A stretch of 64,000 nucleotides of DNA from Octopus vulgaris. Taxonomy: Eukaryota. Shown here in pieces: positions 1 through 13,417 of this stretch (position 1 is the stretch's first letter; every line of letters starts with the position of its first letter). A program made the position numbers and the translations under genes. The notes under the pieces are model-generated. The model worked only from the letters and a program-made list of their open reading frames with translations. It made no database searches and had not been told where the DNA came from. Location of the stretch: NCBI GenBank assembly GCA_951406725.2, contig OX597816.1, forward strand, positions 85,498,001-85,562,000. Direction: 5' to 3'.

Positions 1-935
1 TGTTCCTACGACAGTTTTTCTTTATGTTCCCCGATTCTAGGCACAGGTGACACTTTGGGGGCGTCCCTCAAGGATCACCAGGTACCTGGAACCGGCCATC
101 GTTAAGTAATCTTGTAACACCAGATCATCGGCTGATTGGGTCCATAGGGTCAAAAGCAACTTTGACCCCACCCAATCGGCCGCAGGCAGAACTTTTACAT
201 GCAGAACTTTTACATGCAGAAGCTTGACGGTGCTGCCACACAGCCCCCGACGGATAGAATCCTCTATCCATTCGGGCTCCATATCGGGTGGAGGCCCACA
301 CACCCAAGCTCTTTTCAGTTTTTGCCCACCGTATGTGGGGAGAAACAAAATTTTCTCCCCTTTTACAGGTTGGCTTGCGAATTTTTGCGCCTCCGCAGGT
401 GTGTCGAAAAGCACACACACAGTTGTGTATTTCGCACGCCTGCGGATAAACATGAAAGTTGGCAGGAACCCTGCCTGCTCATTTTCAATATCATTGCGAG
501 AGAAAACCGTAATGGTGTCGAGAGATCTACAATAGGTTCTCAACACCTCGTTGAAATCCTGCAACCACTTTACTACTTTCATCCAACTCTAGCCGACTCC
601 GTAAATGCAAGGTAAATCCAATGGTAAATCTAATGGTAAATCCAGGGTACGAATAGAAGACAATTTTCACAATAATTTTTCCGGGGTTATATGCTTCACA
701 AAAAGCACAATTCTCAAAACCCAGTGAGTCTTTTCACACGACAACAGGCAGACAAATGTTTGAAACCCAGTGGAGACCCTTGATCGACACAAATTATTAC
801 ATACAAAAAATAGACCCCACTGAGCCCCCCCCCCCAAAAAAAAAATCGCCTTACTTGTAGTTGTGCTTCAATTTTTCAATATTTCAACATCGAACGACTT
901 GACTCCCAAGCATGAAAAAACACGCACACTCCTGT
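1..935 (-). mobile_element. Tx1/L1-clade LINE 5' portion (5' UTR and gag-like ORF1), running off the window edge
   Basis: ORF 37..582 (LPTYGGQKLKRAWVCGPP...WVG...LVILEGRP). A frameshift in the C-run near 57-61 continues into a zinc knuckle CHLCLESGNIKKNC (11-52; CX2CX4[H>N]X4C). Motifs align with the ORF1 at 37.2-37.6 kb, which precedes a Tx1-type ORF2. Confidence 0.7.
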
Positions 936-940
936 GAAGT

Positions 941-978
941 AAGCGAGCTACTTACCACACAGCCACTCTTGCGCCTGT
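941..978 (-). mobile_element. tRNA-derived SINE family A, head fragment (A box only)
   Basis: Reverse complement GGCGCAAGAGTGGCTGTGTGGTAAGTAGCTCGCTTAC matches the heads at 20356 and 42449. Confidence 0.75.
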
Positions 979-1499
979 AGTCAAAGAATTTTATATAAAA
1001 ATATAATGTAATGCAATGGTTTCGAATATAGATGTTCTTGAGTGTTAGAACGTGGAGTACAGTGAGTCCAGTTTGACATTAGTGTTGGTGTTGCAAGTGT
1101 CTGTTTGTGTTTACCCGCAAAATGTATGGCTGTGTGACTTATGCTAAAAACCATTAGATATATTTCCCTAGTTAGAATACTGGAGGATAGATGAAAAGCA
1201 GAGATATTCAATTACGACAACTTACGTACTTAAATCCCGATATAGTTAATTGAAAGAAGTAACAGACAAATTATTCTACCAATATATTTGATAGTGAGCT
1301 CTTAGAAAATATGTCAGAAATCACAAAGTTTTAAACACCTATATATCTGAAAGATTTACGCGTTTCAATGGAAAAACCGAATATCATTCCAGTTCTATCT
1401 CATTTGATACAGCTTCTACTTCTTCAAGTGGTCGTAAACTAGATCCTTAGTTTCATGTTATGTGTATTTTCAGATAACGTTAATGCAGTTGATTAGTTT

Positions 1500-2375
1500 C
1501 CACTTCTTAGGATATGGATGTCTACCAAATATAACAGCAGATATTATTTTTGAACGATCTTAATGTTGAGCTTGGCCTTCATCAAAGATTTCCTAAATCT
1601 ACGGGCTAGTTTGTCATGAGCTGTAGCCTCTCCAAACATCATTCCTTGATATTTGTCGGTCTTGTTCTACGTGTTCAACCTGTTTGCTTTGTCACAAACT
1701 CTTTGTCTTCTATCTCAGTCTTTACATCTATATCTAGGACAGGTACCACTAGTTTTATTACATATAATGATAACTTCTTTCTAGCACACCTGTATACATG
1801 AATCCTATCTTTCTGATCATATCCAGAATATTGCATGCGGTGCATGAAGTTCTATATACGTTTTTTGTTTCATAGGTTCTGCATATTGGGGACACCTTGT
1901 TCACTATCCTAAGTCTGCTAATAGTATGTTGCTTTTCCTGATGTGTGACAAAGCTGAGCTCTTCTGAACAAGATATTTAGAAGCTATGGACTTTATATCA
2001 TAGGGGTGGAGGAGCTGCACACTGTTGTTCACAATCTCTAACCAAGATTCAGTATCAAGGGCGTGGAGTATATTGTTAGGGTGCCTAATAGGGTAATCTA
2101 TAGTTACCTTGATACTTTGGTGGACGGCTTTAGGTACATGCTGGATGCACTCCATTATGTGCCTCTCGGTTTCTACGTTACTGTTACTATAGTTGGTCTT
2201 AACCAGAATATTAATGTTATCTACATACCTACAGTAAAGTAAAAGGGTTGTGGACTGTACTACTAAGGACTGTTTAAGATTCCTGTCCCACCAGGTATTG
2301 AAGAGGCCGGTTTCATCTCCAGCTACACCGACACCAATGGCTGCTCCTGCATGTATAACTTCCTGTTAAATTTTA
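1500..2375 (-). mobile_element. Penelope-like element RT/thumb remnant (decayed)
   Basis: Minus-strand motifs GAAIGVGVAG (~2315-2347), RYVDN (2216-2230; YVDD), SIKVTIDYP, SKYLVQKSSAL..NILLADL, FMHRMQYSGY and GMMFGEATAHDKLARRF. Collinear with the element at 58.2-59.1 kb. Confidence 0.8.
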
Positions 2376-3107
2376 CTATGTAGACCCCTTCCCCCCAAAT
2401 TTTTAAAGTCTTGTGCCTTGAGTAGGAATAATTTTCAAGGTGAAAGGAATAAGTAAACTTATTACACAACCGCACACCTACACTTCAAGCACAGTACTGA
2501 CACACTATCGGTGATTCATTGACTCGTTATTGCCAAGCTTCAGGGACCCATTGACTCAGATAGCTGGATTTATGATTTCATTAGGTTAAATCTATTCATA
2601 AACATTTAAATTAGGAGTATTTCTTAAACAGTTAGCTCCACATTTCAACGGCATAACTGAAATTTAAACCACGTAGCAGAAACTGAGTGGAATATCGTGG
2701 AACAGAGAAACTGAGGATGATAGAGATAATTTAACATTATTTTTTAATCTTGTAAGCAAAAACATGTAAGAAACATGTATTCATTACTTGGGACAAATTC
2801 CTTGTTGACCAGTATCATTCTTCTGGTAGTTTACAAATCCAAGCATGTAAACGTTACTCAACTTTGAAGTTTCGGAAACAGTTTTCACACACAATCACAC
2901 ACATGCACTTTTATATTAAGGATGTACAGAAATGCATGTCAGGTATACACTGAAATATGCATAAAGTAATCGCATGCAGACGAATATATTAATATAACAT
3001 TTTTTTTTAATAATAAAAACAAGCAATCAATAAAGAGACAAAAGAAACAGTAGGATGATACATGTTGATTATATTGGGTATTGCTGTCTATTTAGAAACC
3101 TACAATG

Positions 3108-3348
3108 AACAAGTCACGCGCTAAACTAGGATCTAGTTTTTCAGCCGCAAAATATGCCTGTTTTAAAAGGAATTAAAAAATCTGAAAATCGGCTATAATA
3201 GTGTAGTCTTCCAGTCTCATTGCTACGAAGGTATGATGTTGTGGGGGAAAAAATTGGAAGAAAAAGTTACAGAAAGTTTCAAAATCGGTAAAACTTTTTT
3301 TTTTAGCCAATAGCGAGACAGGAATTTTGCGTGCATATATAAGGGATA
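3108..3348. mobile_element. Possible non-autonomous Helitron/Helentron (DINE-1-like) fragment
   Basis: Starts AACAAG and ends TATATAAGGGATA; a similar end TTTTATATTAAGGAT occurs near 2910-2923. End style only. Confidence 0.25.
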
Positions 3349-3864
3349 ATGCATAGGATTTAGATTATTAATTTGCATGGAAAATTATAAATGAATGTAC
3401 TTTATAAATGAATGTGAATCGAAACTTCTGTGTGGTTTGATCGTTAGTTTTATCATTAAAAACACTGGTTTATTATTCTGCAAATAAAGGTTATTTTTTC
3501 ATAGACCTACAGAAGATAGAATTTATGTTTGAAAACACCAGATTGTAGCTATTTTGATAATTTCTTTTAATATAATTTTAAGAAGTAACATGTTTTCTGC
3601 TTTTGTATCCTGCATTTGAACCCGATCTTTTTTAAATGTCACATTATTGATTTTAAGAACAAAAGGGGAGGTTGGGAGAATGAGCTCGAAGCAACAATTT
3701 ACGTAACACCTATAAATTATCTGTACTTTATAATATTTTAAATGCATATGCATCAACATTATTTTGGCATTGAGTGCTATAAATTTTTCATACGGCAATG
3801 AAGCGATAGATTTTCCTCAATACTTTCACTCATTACACCCACGTACATATACGTATATACTCTG

Positions 3865-3920
<56 letters not shown>

Positions 3921-3922
3921 GT

Positions 3923-3977
<55 letters not shown>

Positions 3978-4937
3978 TATGTACATATTTACGAGCCACC
4001 AGCTTGTGAACAACTTGTACAAATGATTTGTTTATAGTGATCGAATTTCTGTGCTGTTCATTAGGTCACTTTTTCCATGAAATCAATATTGCTTGTACAA
4101 ATTTGCGCTGTGCTACATGTTACATGTTGAGAATAGGATACCAAATTGAGAATATCAGACTTAGCCTACCTTACAGGTCTGCACACGGAATGAAGCGGCA
4201 TCGTTTCCATGCGACCGTCCCCAACTAAAGCAGGGTTTTCATGGCAAGAGTTATGCTTCTATTTTATACGGTACGATAACGTGGGAGCTATCAAGACTGT
4301 CTGTGAAAGCTTTGCCCAGATTTCAAAATGGAACCCCACAGGCACACCTATGTTTGCATGTATGTATGTGCATATACACATAAACGCATAAATGTGTATA
4401 AACGCCATATATGCCATGAGTAACAGAATATTAACGGTTAGAAAATGTCCAATAATGGTACTATATAGCCATGGCTATCTTCGGAATTTAAACGCTTAAA
4501 CGAAAAGCCATTTCAACCTTTCTATCATAGTTTTCAACGATATTGATTTTTAGTCACTGTTCCGGTGATTATATTCCAATAATACTTTGAAAGTTTACAG
4601 ACGTAATAAATGTCACAAGCAACAATACGTAAGGAACACAGAAAATATGCAAAGCAACAAAAAAATATTTCAGACTACAAATTTAAAAAGTAGTGGAAAC
4701 AAATAGCAACGACTAAAGTCATTAAGAAGTCAAGAAGGCAGAATATAATTGTCAGTGCATTAGCTTTATGGAGAATTGATGCATTAACTTCATGGCTTAT
4801 AATTACTTTTCGTCCACCGAAGAAATATTTTAGTTTGTTACCAGAAAGATTCAACCACGTAGTTACAAAGATTGTTTAAAATAACCTCTCAGTGTATATG
4901 TATATGTTTCTCTCTCTACATCTTCCTCTCGCTTTCT

Positions 4938-4988
<51 letters not shown>

Positions 4989-4989
4989 C

Positions 4990-5386
<397 letters not shown>

Positions 5387-6611
5387 TGTGTGCGTGCGTA
5401 ATCTCCATCAGGAAACACGTTGAATGGTCCCAAATAATACCGCGACGACGTCTTCAAACGTGAAGAGGAAAATCTGCCGTGTTCGCAAACCATTTCTATC
5501 GTTCAGGATTTTACTGGTATAGTTTCTATAGATGCACTGTCATTGTAGCTATTTTTTGATTAGATGAAGTGTTTTTACAGTGACATTCCAGAAACTTAGA
5601 ACATATAATCCCACCTCAGTTCCTCTTTTGTGCCCTAGTTCAATAATTTGTCATAACGACTAAGAATATCCTGATGTACGAACGTTTAAATTCAAATTTC
5701 TTTTTTATGTAAGTTCGTGTAGTGGCCTAATTACTTACCAGTGATTTTCATTATACTCAGAGTCACCTGAACTGCGTGGGTGCACTGCATGTATTGTATT
5801 CTATTCCTAATGGTTGATATATAAAGCAAAATGAAAATGAGATTGTTGACAACGAAAAGTTTCAGAGGAAACATTTGCTTTCTTGAAAGACTGTAATTCA
5901 ATTGCAAGGCTTTAAACGTCTACTTTTAAGAAGAGACACTTGTTAATTCTTCGTGATAATTTATAAATTACAAAAGACATTAAAGTGATAGCAGAAAAGC
6001 AAAAGATTACAAGAAAAAAACACATTTGTTAATGAATGATTTAGTATTGTTATGAAAAAGCTGGTGTCTAGAGGAAATATATAACGTTATTTCATCTTCA
6101 TTTACTAAGTATTGTAATTGAATGGAATGGCCTTCTGTTTTTTTGTGGGAAAATATTATGGCCAACAAAATATCTGAATCATGAACAGTGCTATAAAGAA
6201 AATAGTAAGTGCCTTTGCATTTAAAAAGAAATTCTAAAGAGAAAATATAATTTCATCAGGAAATAGAATCTTTTTTCCTTCCATTTAATTTAGCAAAATT
6301 AATATACACGACAAAGTGCAACATTTACATACACTTAGGTCTATAAGAACATACAAATGTGCGTAAAAACAGTATCGATGTTTCGTAAACAGTAATAAGA
6401 GAAAATATGGCTGGAAATAATTATTCAGTATCAATGAAACAACCATAATCTGGGCTCAACTGTTAACGGATTGATAGGACTTTTCATGACTGAAAATTCT
6501 GTACGTATATCGCACTGCATATATCTCCCTATATGTGCGTCAATAATTTCACTCATTACACCCACGTACGTATACGTATATACCCTGCCCTATATATATA
6601 TATATATACAT

Positions 6612-6658
<47 letters not shown>

Positions 6659-7723
6659 AGTGTGTGTGTGTATGTGTGCGTGTATATAGTTAACAGTTCT
6701 AATATAAGTACTGTCAACATAGTTCACCACCCAGAGAGAGGGGTAAATATAATTTACAAAAGAGCTTTACGGTACATCAAGTTAACATATTTATATAACA
6801 TGTCATGTATTTCAAGCAATCTTTTAGCCTCAGTTCATTACTTTAGATGGATTTACAAATCAAGATGCCTGTCTCTGAGAAAATATGAGAATAAGAAACA
6901 TGAAGAAAAAGCACGAAAATCGTTGGTACAAAAAGTGGAACGAAAAGAAAGAAAAATAGTTAAGAAAAGCAAGATTTTTGTCTTCTTCGGCTGTAGGAAT
7001 CCTATCTAAAGTAGCTGGTGTAGAAAAATATATGCTAGAATGGAGGCCAAAATATGTAAGATAGATTCTCAATCTAGAGCGGTAGGTGTCTTACAGGTCT
7101 ACAAAAGAAATTTATACATGTGCTTGTATTTACGAACAATTTCGGATCTTGAATTAAGTTGTTTGGTGGAATTCTAGGACTATACAAAATGTGTTATCTT
7201 TCAACTCGGATAACATGCATCTCTGTGATCCATTTATATACAACATAGATTTCCTTCACGTTGTAAAATTGGCTCTATGTGGTGTGCATTTGTTCTTCAG
7301 CTCACATACGTCATAAAACATAAAACTCTTAGTAACTCCTTGGCAAAATTTTGTATTAAATGATATACATACGTACATCAAAAAACTTATACATACATAC
7401 ATGCACAAACACACGCACACACGCACAGACACACACACAGACACACACACACACACACACACAGACACACACACATATATATATATATAAAGTCACATAG
7501 ATGTACATCTCCACTTATGCACCGGACAGTCTTCCACTAATATACATACATATATGGATACACTTATATACACGAACACATATATAATAATATTTGCAGT
7601 CTACGGACATTTTTACTCACGCTGACAACTCGTGAAGAAAATAAATTTTTACCCTCTCTCTCTCTCTGTATATATATATATATACATATATATATAAAAA
7701 CACATATATATATATATAAAAAA

Positions 7724-7811
<88 letters not shown>

Positions 7812-8639
7812 GAGAATATTTACTACTGCAACGATCGTTTCCGCCTGTCTTGCATCGATTCTTCACGTTTGGGATATTGTACAACTGGTCGTGGTGCAAC
7901 AATCGGTGCAAAGGTATTTCATCAGGTGAGTTTACATGAGATATCTCGTTAAATAAACCCTCTTTCGCTGGGTTTTAAAGCAGCATGTTGTAGGTTTTAG
8001 CCATTGGGCAGGAATAGCGAGGGACGGATTCCAGTGCAATATTTTTTAACGTTTGTCTACATGTATTTAATAGTAAATCAATGACAGGTAGTAACAAAGA
8101 AAAATATGTAAAATAAGTAAAAAGTAAAAACAAAAAATGAAATATAAGATAAAATAAGTAATTATATGTGTCAGTACACATATAGATACTTCCGTGCATA
8201 CACCTGTAGTCTTGTGCGCGCGAGCAAGCACACACACAGATACAGACACACAGACACACACACACACACGCTCGCACACACACACACACACACTCACACA
8301 CATACACACGCACTCCAATGCGCAGTTAAGTAGATGTCATTAAACTCAATGATAAACGTCTAACTGGTCTCGTGTCTGGCAAAACAGACTTTACGCCTTT
8401 GCTTCGGTGCCAGTAACAGTACCGTCTAGATGAAGGGGTCGGTCCCCTTTTTTGTTCGTATATCCTTTATTGCTATTGTGCACACAGACACATACACACA
8501 TACACACACAAATTGTAAATTAACATACTGAGATATATATATATATATATTCACACGCACAATCATACTCTCTTATACACACACGCACCTTCATCTTGAG
8601 GGTCATCTTTACTTTTTTATCCCCTACTTCTCCCCACCC

Positions 8640-8864
8640 CCTCGTGTGTGACCCTTCTGTCCGACGTCAGTTACCATGATACAACGTTAGTCACTACACA
8701 CATTTTTTCACTCCTTGTCTCTCTCCTGTTTTTTTCTGTGTCCCTTTCTGTAGAAGAGCGTAGGCTCGAAACGTAAAAGACTTTTTCTATTCCTGAGCGT
8801 TATACTAATACCTGTTTGATTTGTACACCACCTGTCTCTGTCTTTTGTTTTTTTCGTATACTCT

Positions 8865-8867
<3 letters not shown>
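8640..8867 (+). mobile_element. Penelope-type terminal repeat fragment with a variant minimal hammerhead motif
   Basis: cttt-CTGTAGA-A-GAGC-GTAG-GCTC-GAAACGTA-aaag at 8744-8779; abuts (TA)n. Confidence 0.5.
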
Positions 8868-8937
<70 letters not shown>

Positions 8938-9092
8938 ATATACACAATTGGTAAAGAGTTAAGCTTAATTTTAACAATTTAGCACTTAAATAATGCTTTC
9001 AAATTGAAAGCATATTTATTTGCACATACATTGTGTCGTATCTTTGAAATATTGAAGATGAAATGTTGGGTCTGACCAGTTTCAACGTAAAC

Positions 9093-9180
9093 CTATTAGA
9101 ATATTTGGGCTATTAGAATATTTGGGCTATTAGAATATTTGGGCTATTAGAATATTTGGGCTATTAGAATATTTGGGCTA
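9093..9180. repeat. Minisatellite, 17 bp x 5 perfect copies
   Basis: Unit CTATTAGAATATTTGGG. Confidence 0.95.
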
Positions 9181-9635
9181 GATAAGGTCGAGCATACGGA
9201 AGCTGCTTAGTGAGTTCCTCACCGAATTGTGGGAATCAAATGTAAAATATAATTTTGCTAGTTGGATACAAACATATATCAGTAAATTAGGTGAAGTTGT
9301 TTTCCTTAACTCAGCAGAACTTTATAATAAATAATCAACAACAAAGTGAACGAGAGAAAAGAAAACGATTGAACAATAGTCAAGAATAAGAACTAAAATT
9401 TCTGCTGTGGAATTAAAAAACCGAAAAAAAAAAAAAAAGAACTGTGGCTGCAGGAATAAGGGTGAAAAAAGACATAAAATTGATAAATTCAATGCAGATA
9501 AGATTACAGCATATTTCGAGGAGATAATTAAAGAAAAATAAATGCAACAATGAGTTGGGAATAGATAGAAACGATGATAACATGCAAAAGAAAATATATA
9601 CTTGCTTTCGTGAGCAAACAAAATTCATATTCCTT

Positions 9636-9661
9636 TAGATACAGGCATAAAAAGAAGCACG

Positions 9662-9696
<35 letters not shown>

Positions 9697-9702
9697 TCAC
9701 GC

Positions 9703-9745
<43 letters not shown>

Positions 9746-9751
9746 GCGTGA

Positions 9752-9786
<35 letters not shown>

Positions 9787-9812
9787 CGTGCTTCTTTTTA
9801 TGCCTGTATCTA
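9636..9812. repeat. Near-perfect ~177-bp palindrome centred on (TA)n
   Basis: TAGATACAGGCATAAAAAGAAGCACG...CACTCACGCATATAA is mirrored by TTATATGCGTGAGTG...CGTGCTTCTTTTTATGCCTGTATCTA. Confidence 0.9.
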
Positions 9813-9932
9813 TGCCTGCACACACTCCAGCGCGTGCGCATTTACATTCACATTTATATTTATGTATGCTAATATATGTATATATGTGCGTGTATTTATC
9901 TCTTTCTCTCTCTCTTGCCCTCTCTCTCCCTT

Positions 9933-9989
<57 letters not shown>

Positions 9990-10513
9990 TTATAGACATG
10001 TCCACATATATAACCACACACACGTACATATGTTTGTGTGTATGTGAATTACTTGATTTGAGACCATTTGTTTATGTTATTTCGTTGATTTTCTGTGATT
10101 AAATATATATATGTATGGCAATAATGATACACACATATGTTTTATATATGTTTATAAATATAAATACACAAACACACGCATGCACACACACATGCACACA
10201 CACAAACATATATATATATACTTAAAGAAACCGCTTTATTGTGTAGTTATTGTAAATAATGCTATACAGTTGTTTATAAAAGTAAATTCATATTTTTTTT
10301 TATTCTATTTGTGCTTTCGCATTCATCAGTAAAATATAAAAATTACTGTACATTCATAACTAATTTTGCTTTTTATATATATTGCTTAAGCCTTATATTT
10401 GAATACACTCTTATCAATATTTTCTGACGAAATTAAATTATTTATATCAATTTTAGCATTCATGAAAATGTTCTTAGTCTATATTTCAGCTACACTTTAC
10501 TGTTTTTGACTCT

Positions 10514-10557
<44 letters not shown>

Positions 10558-11990
10558 CATATGTGTATTTGTGTGCGTGTCTATATGTGTGTGCGTGTGT
10601 ATATCTGTGTTCGTGTATGTATGTGTATTCGAATTTCTGTTGTGTGAATCAGTGTATGAGCGCAGATAGGCTCAAGTATGTTTATAGTTTGTGAATGTTA
10701 TGATTACTTACTGTTTTGATTTGTCTTTTTTATATATTTCGTTCTTTTGTAATTCAGACGGTAAATATTTCAAAAGCAACTGCATATAGCATTAGTAGGA
10801 ATCGTAAAAGCTCCTCTAGGTTAATACAGGGGAAAAATCTAATATCAGAGGAAATTCTAACACGAGATAAGATATTTTTACCAATCTAAAATTCTACTGC
10901 CTTCATCTATATTTTGGTTCAGGGCTCAAAAATAGTCATGGTTTCCTTCCGTCATTAACTTTTGCAGAGTAAATTATTGGTTGGCAGGAATTTAGATTTA
11001 ATGCAACTTTTACCGAGTAGGCAACGATTCGTTTCCTTGATATACGGTGCAATGTATGTACAGCAAATTCATATTTACCTTAATCTAAATACCTACTGTT
11101 GAATATAATTAAAAGTAATATTATCCACAGAATCCGAATATTCCGTATACTTTACTGAAACATTTAAAAGCAAAACGATTCTAATAATCAAATAATTAGT
11201 AGTCTTAACATTCTAAAATTAACTGTTTTCAAGATTATTATTTGTGTTCCTTTTGTGAGGTCTTTCATATTTCTAACTGGAAACTATATATTCTTTCCCA
11301 ACATGGCTATAGCAAACAGGTTTTGCTCTTCCTCTCTATTGTAATGAGTAAGCAAATCTGGTATCGTGTTCTTTATTGATGTCACTTAATTTTAATAAAA
11401 CTAATCAAGAACATTCATTAAATGCATTTTTAAAGTCATCTGGCAACGCTATGGCATAAATTACAATAAACCTAGACAGCTGCGTTTTAGTGTTAAGGTG
11501 TATTCAAATCCATGAACTAAACACTGAAATAAATTTTATGTTTTCACATTTGCTCAAGTTTTGTTAAAGATTATGTCATTCAACAAATACACCACTTCAG
11601 AATTCATCATGACCGCTCACTGGGCCGTTAAGGTAGCTTTCATAAAAATATTTCGAAGACTGTAAGCTTTTTCAAAATGGTTATTACCACGAATTTTATA
11701 TGAAACGGAGGAAAGAAAACTGTTTTAGATCCCATATGATCTAAGAAAACTGTTTTAGATCCCTCTCTCTATTTCAGTGGGAGCAAGTCATAAATGTATA
11801 TCCCAGCATCAGATATAACAGTAGGCACCCTGTAATTCGCACCTTCCTACTTTCCTACACATTCTAATTAAACTTTTCATGGACTAAGTTGGCAAGTGGC
11901 TTTATGAAGATTTGGTAGTTCCCTTTCATTTACTCTAAATGCACAAAAGAAAGAGCCCTATATCGAAGTATATCATAAAATATAAATACT

Positions 11991-12080
11991 TTGACACTTC
12001 ATGTTGAACAGTACATATCTTTGAGACTTCACGTTGAACAGTTCAGATCTTTGAGACTTCACGTTGAACAGTTCAGATCA
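11991..12080. repeat. Tandem repeat, 30 bp x 3
   Basis: Unit TTGAGACTTCACGTTGAACAGTTCAGATCT; first copy diverged. Confidence 0.9.
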
Positions 12081-12244
12081 GCAAATAATCCAATCATGTC
12101 TTTCAAGTGAGAGAGAGAGAACGAGAGAGAGAGAGAGAGGGGGAGAGCTTGACGCAAGTAAAAGAATAAAAGAATATCCATCTATCTTTTTCACACATTC
12201 ACACATATACAATCACACACACACACACATACACACATATTAAC

Positions 12245-12388
12245 GATGCGCCTCCATGAGTTTCTATCTACCAAATCCAGTCACACGTGATTACGATAGG
12301 AAAACTAAACCCAAATCGCTATACAGTAAGATTGAACCCGGAGCCATGTGCTTCGGAATTAAACTTCTTGCCACACAGTCACGCCTGC
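12245..12388 (-). mobile_element. SINE family A, old partial copy
   Basis: CTACCAAATCC, GAACCCGGAGCCATGTG and CTTGCCACACAGTCACGCCTGCG match the reverse complement of family A. Confidence 0.6.
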
Positions 12389-13385
12389 GTGTATGTGTAC
12401 GCGTAAATATATATAGACAAATAAACGGAGGCATGTACACAAATACATAAACACACATGCCAAGAAATAGGTTCGTATGTCCGTAGGTGCATGTGTATTT
12501 CTCAACGATCAAATGTGAGCCGTATTTGTGTGTGCGCGCATATGCGAACCTTTATTCGATTTTATAATAAGAACACAAACATACACCTAGAAACAAGTAC
12601 ACACATATTGTTAACGTTATCTGTGATTGTTATATTCTATTGTTATTCTCTGATTTACAAATATTATTCACTGTTTCCTACTGAATTTTCTTGGTATTTT
12701 TCGTCTTATCACATTGAAACAAATTTTGTAAGTATAAATTTATTTTCTACATTTTTGAATGATTTATTCGATTTGTCTAAACTAAAGCAAATTTTCTTCA
12801 GCAACTTATGAAGTAATTCAAATGAAATTTAGTTTCTGGAAAAGTTTGCTTTAAAATAGATTTCCATGATTGTAAATATATTTATAGTTAAGATAATCAA
12901 TATAATTCAAAGAAACGAAGAATATGTGCAGTGAAGTTTCATAACTAGGCGAAAAATTATCCCTCAGTTTAAATATGTATCCCTACATATAGGTAGGTGA
13001 GTGTAGGTGTGTATATGTATCTGTACATCTGTATGCGTGCGCGTGTATGTATGGACGTATGTATGAATTGTATGTGTGTGTGTGTGTGTGTGTGTGCGTA
13101 TGTGTGTGTATTTGTGTACGAGTTTGTGAAAATTTGCATTTGCCGATGAAATATTTTCTATTACAAAGCAAAACTTTTCGAACACATTAATTTTAACTAC
13201 AGCAATTTACACAATTATAAGTATATGAATGTGTGTATGTACGGACGTATAGATGTATATAAACATTTACATACGTAAGAATGTGTATATATATATACAT
13301 ATACATACATATATATATAGGTGTACATGTATACATACATGTACATACATATATATACATATATATGTATGTACATATATATGAG

Positions 13386-13417
<32 letters not shown>

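Noticed and set aside
2803-2813. Chapaev3 TIR-like TGTTGACCAGT (also CTGGTCAACAG at ~43730)
   Set aside because: Isolated, lacks the terminal CAC/GTG, and has no partner or TSD.
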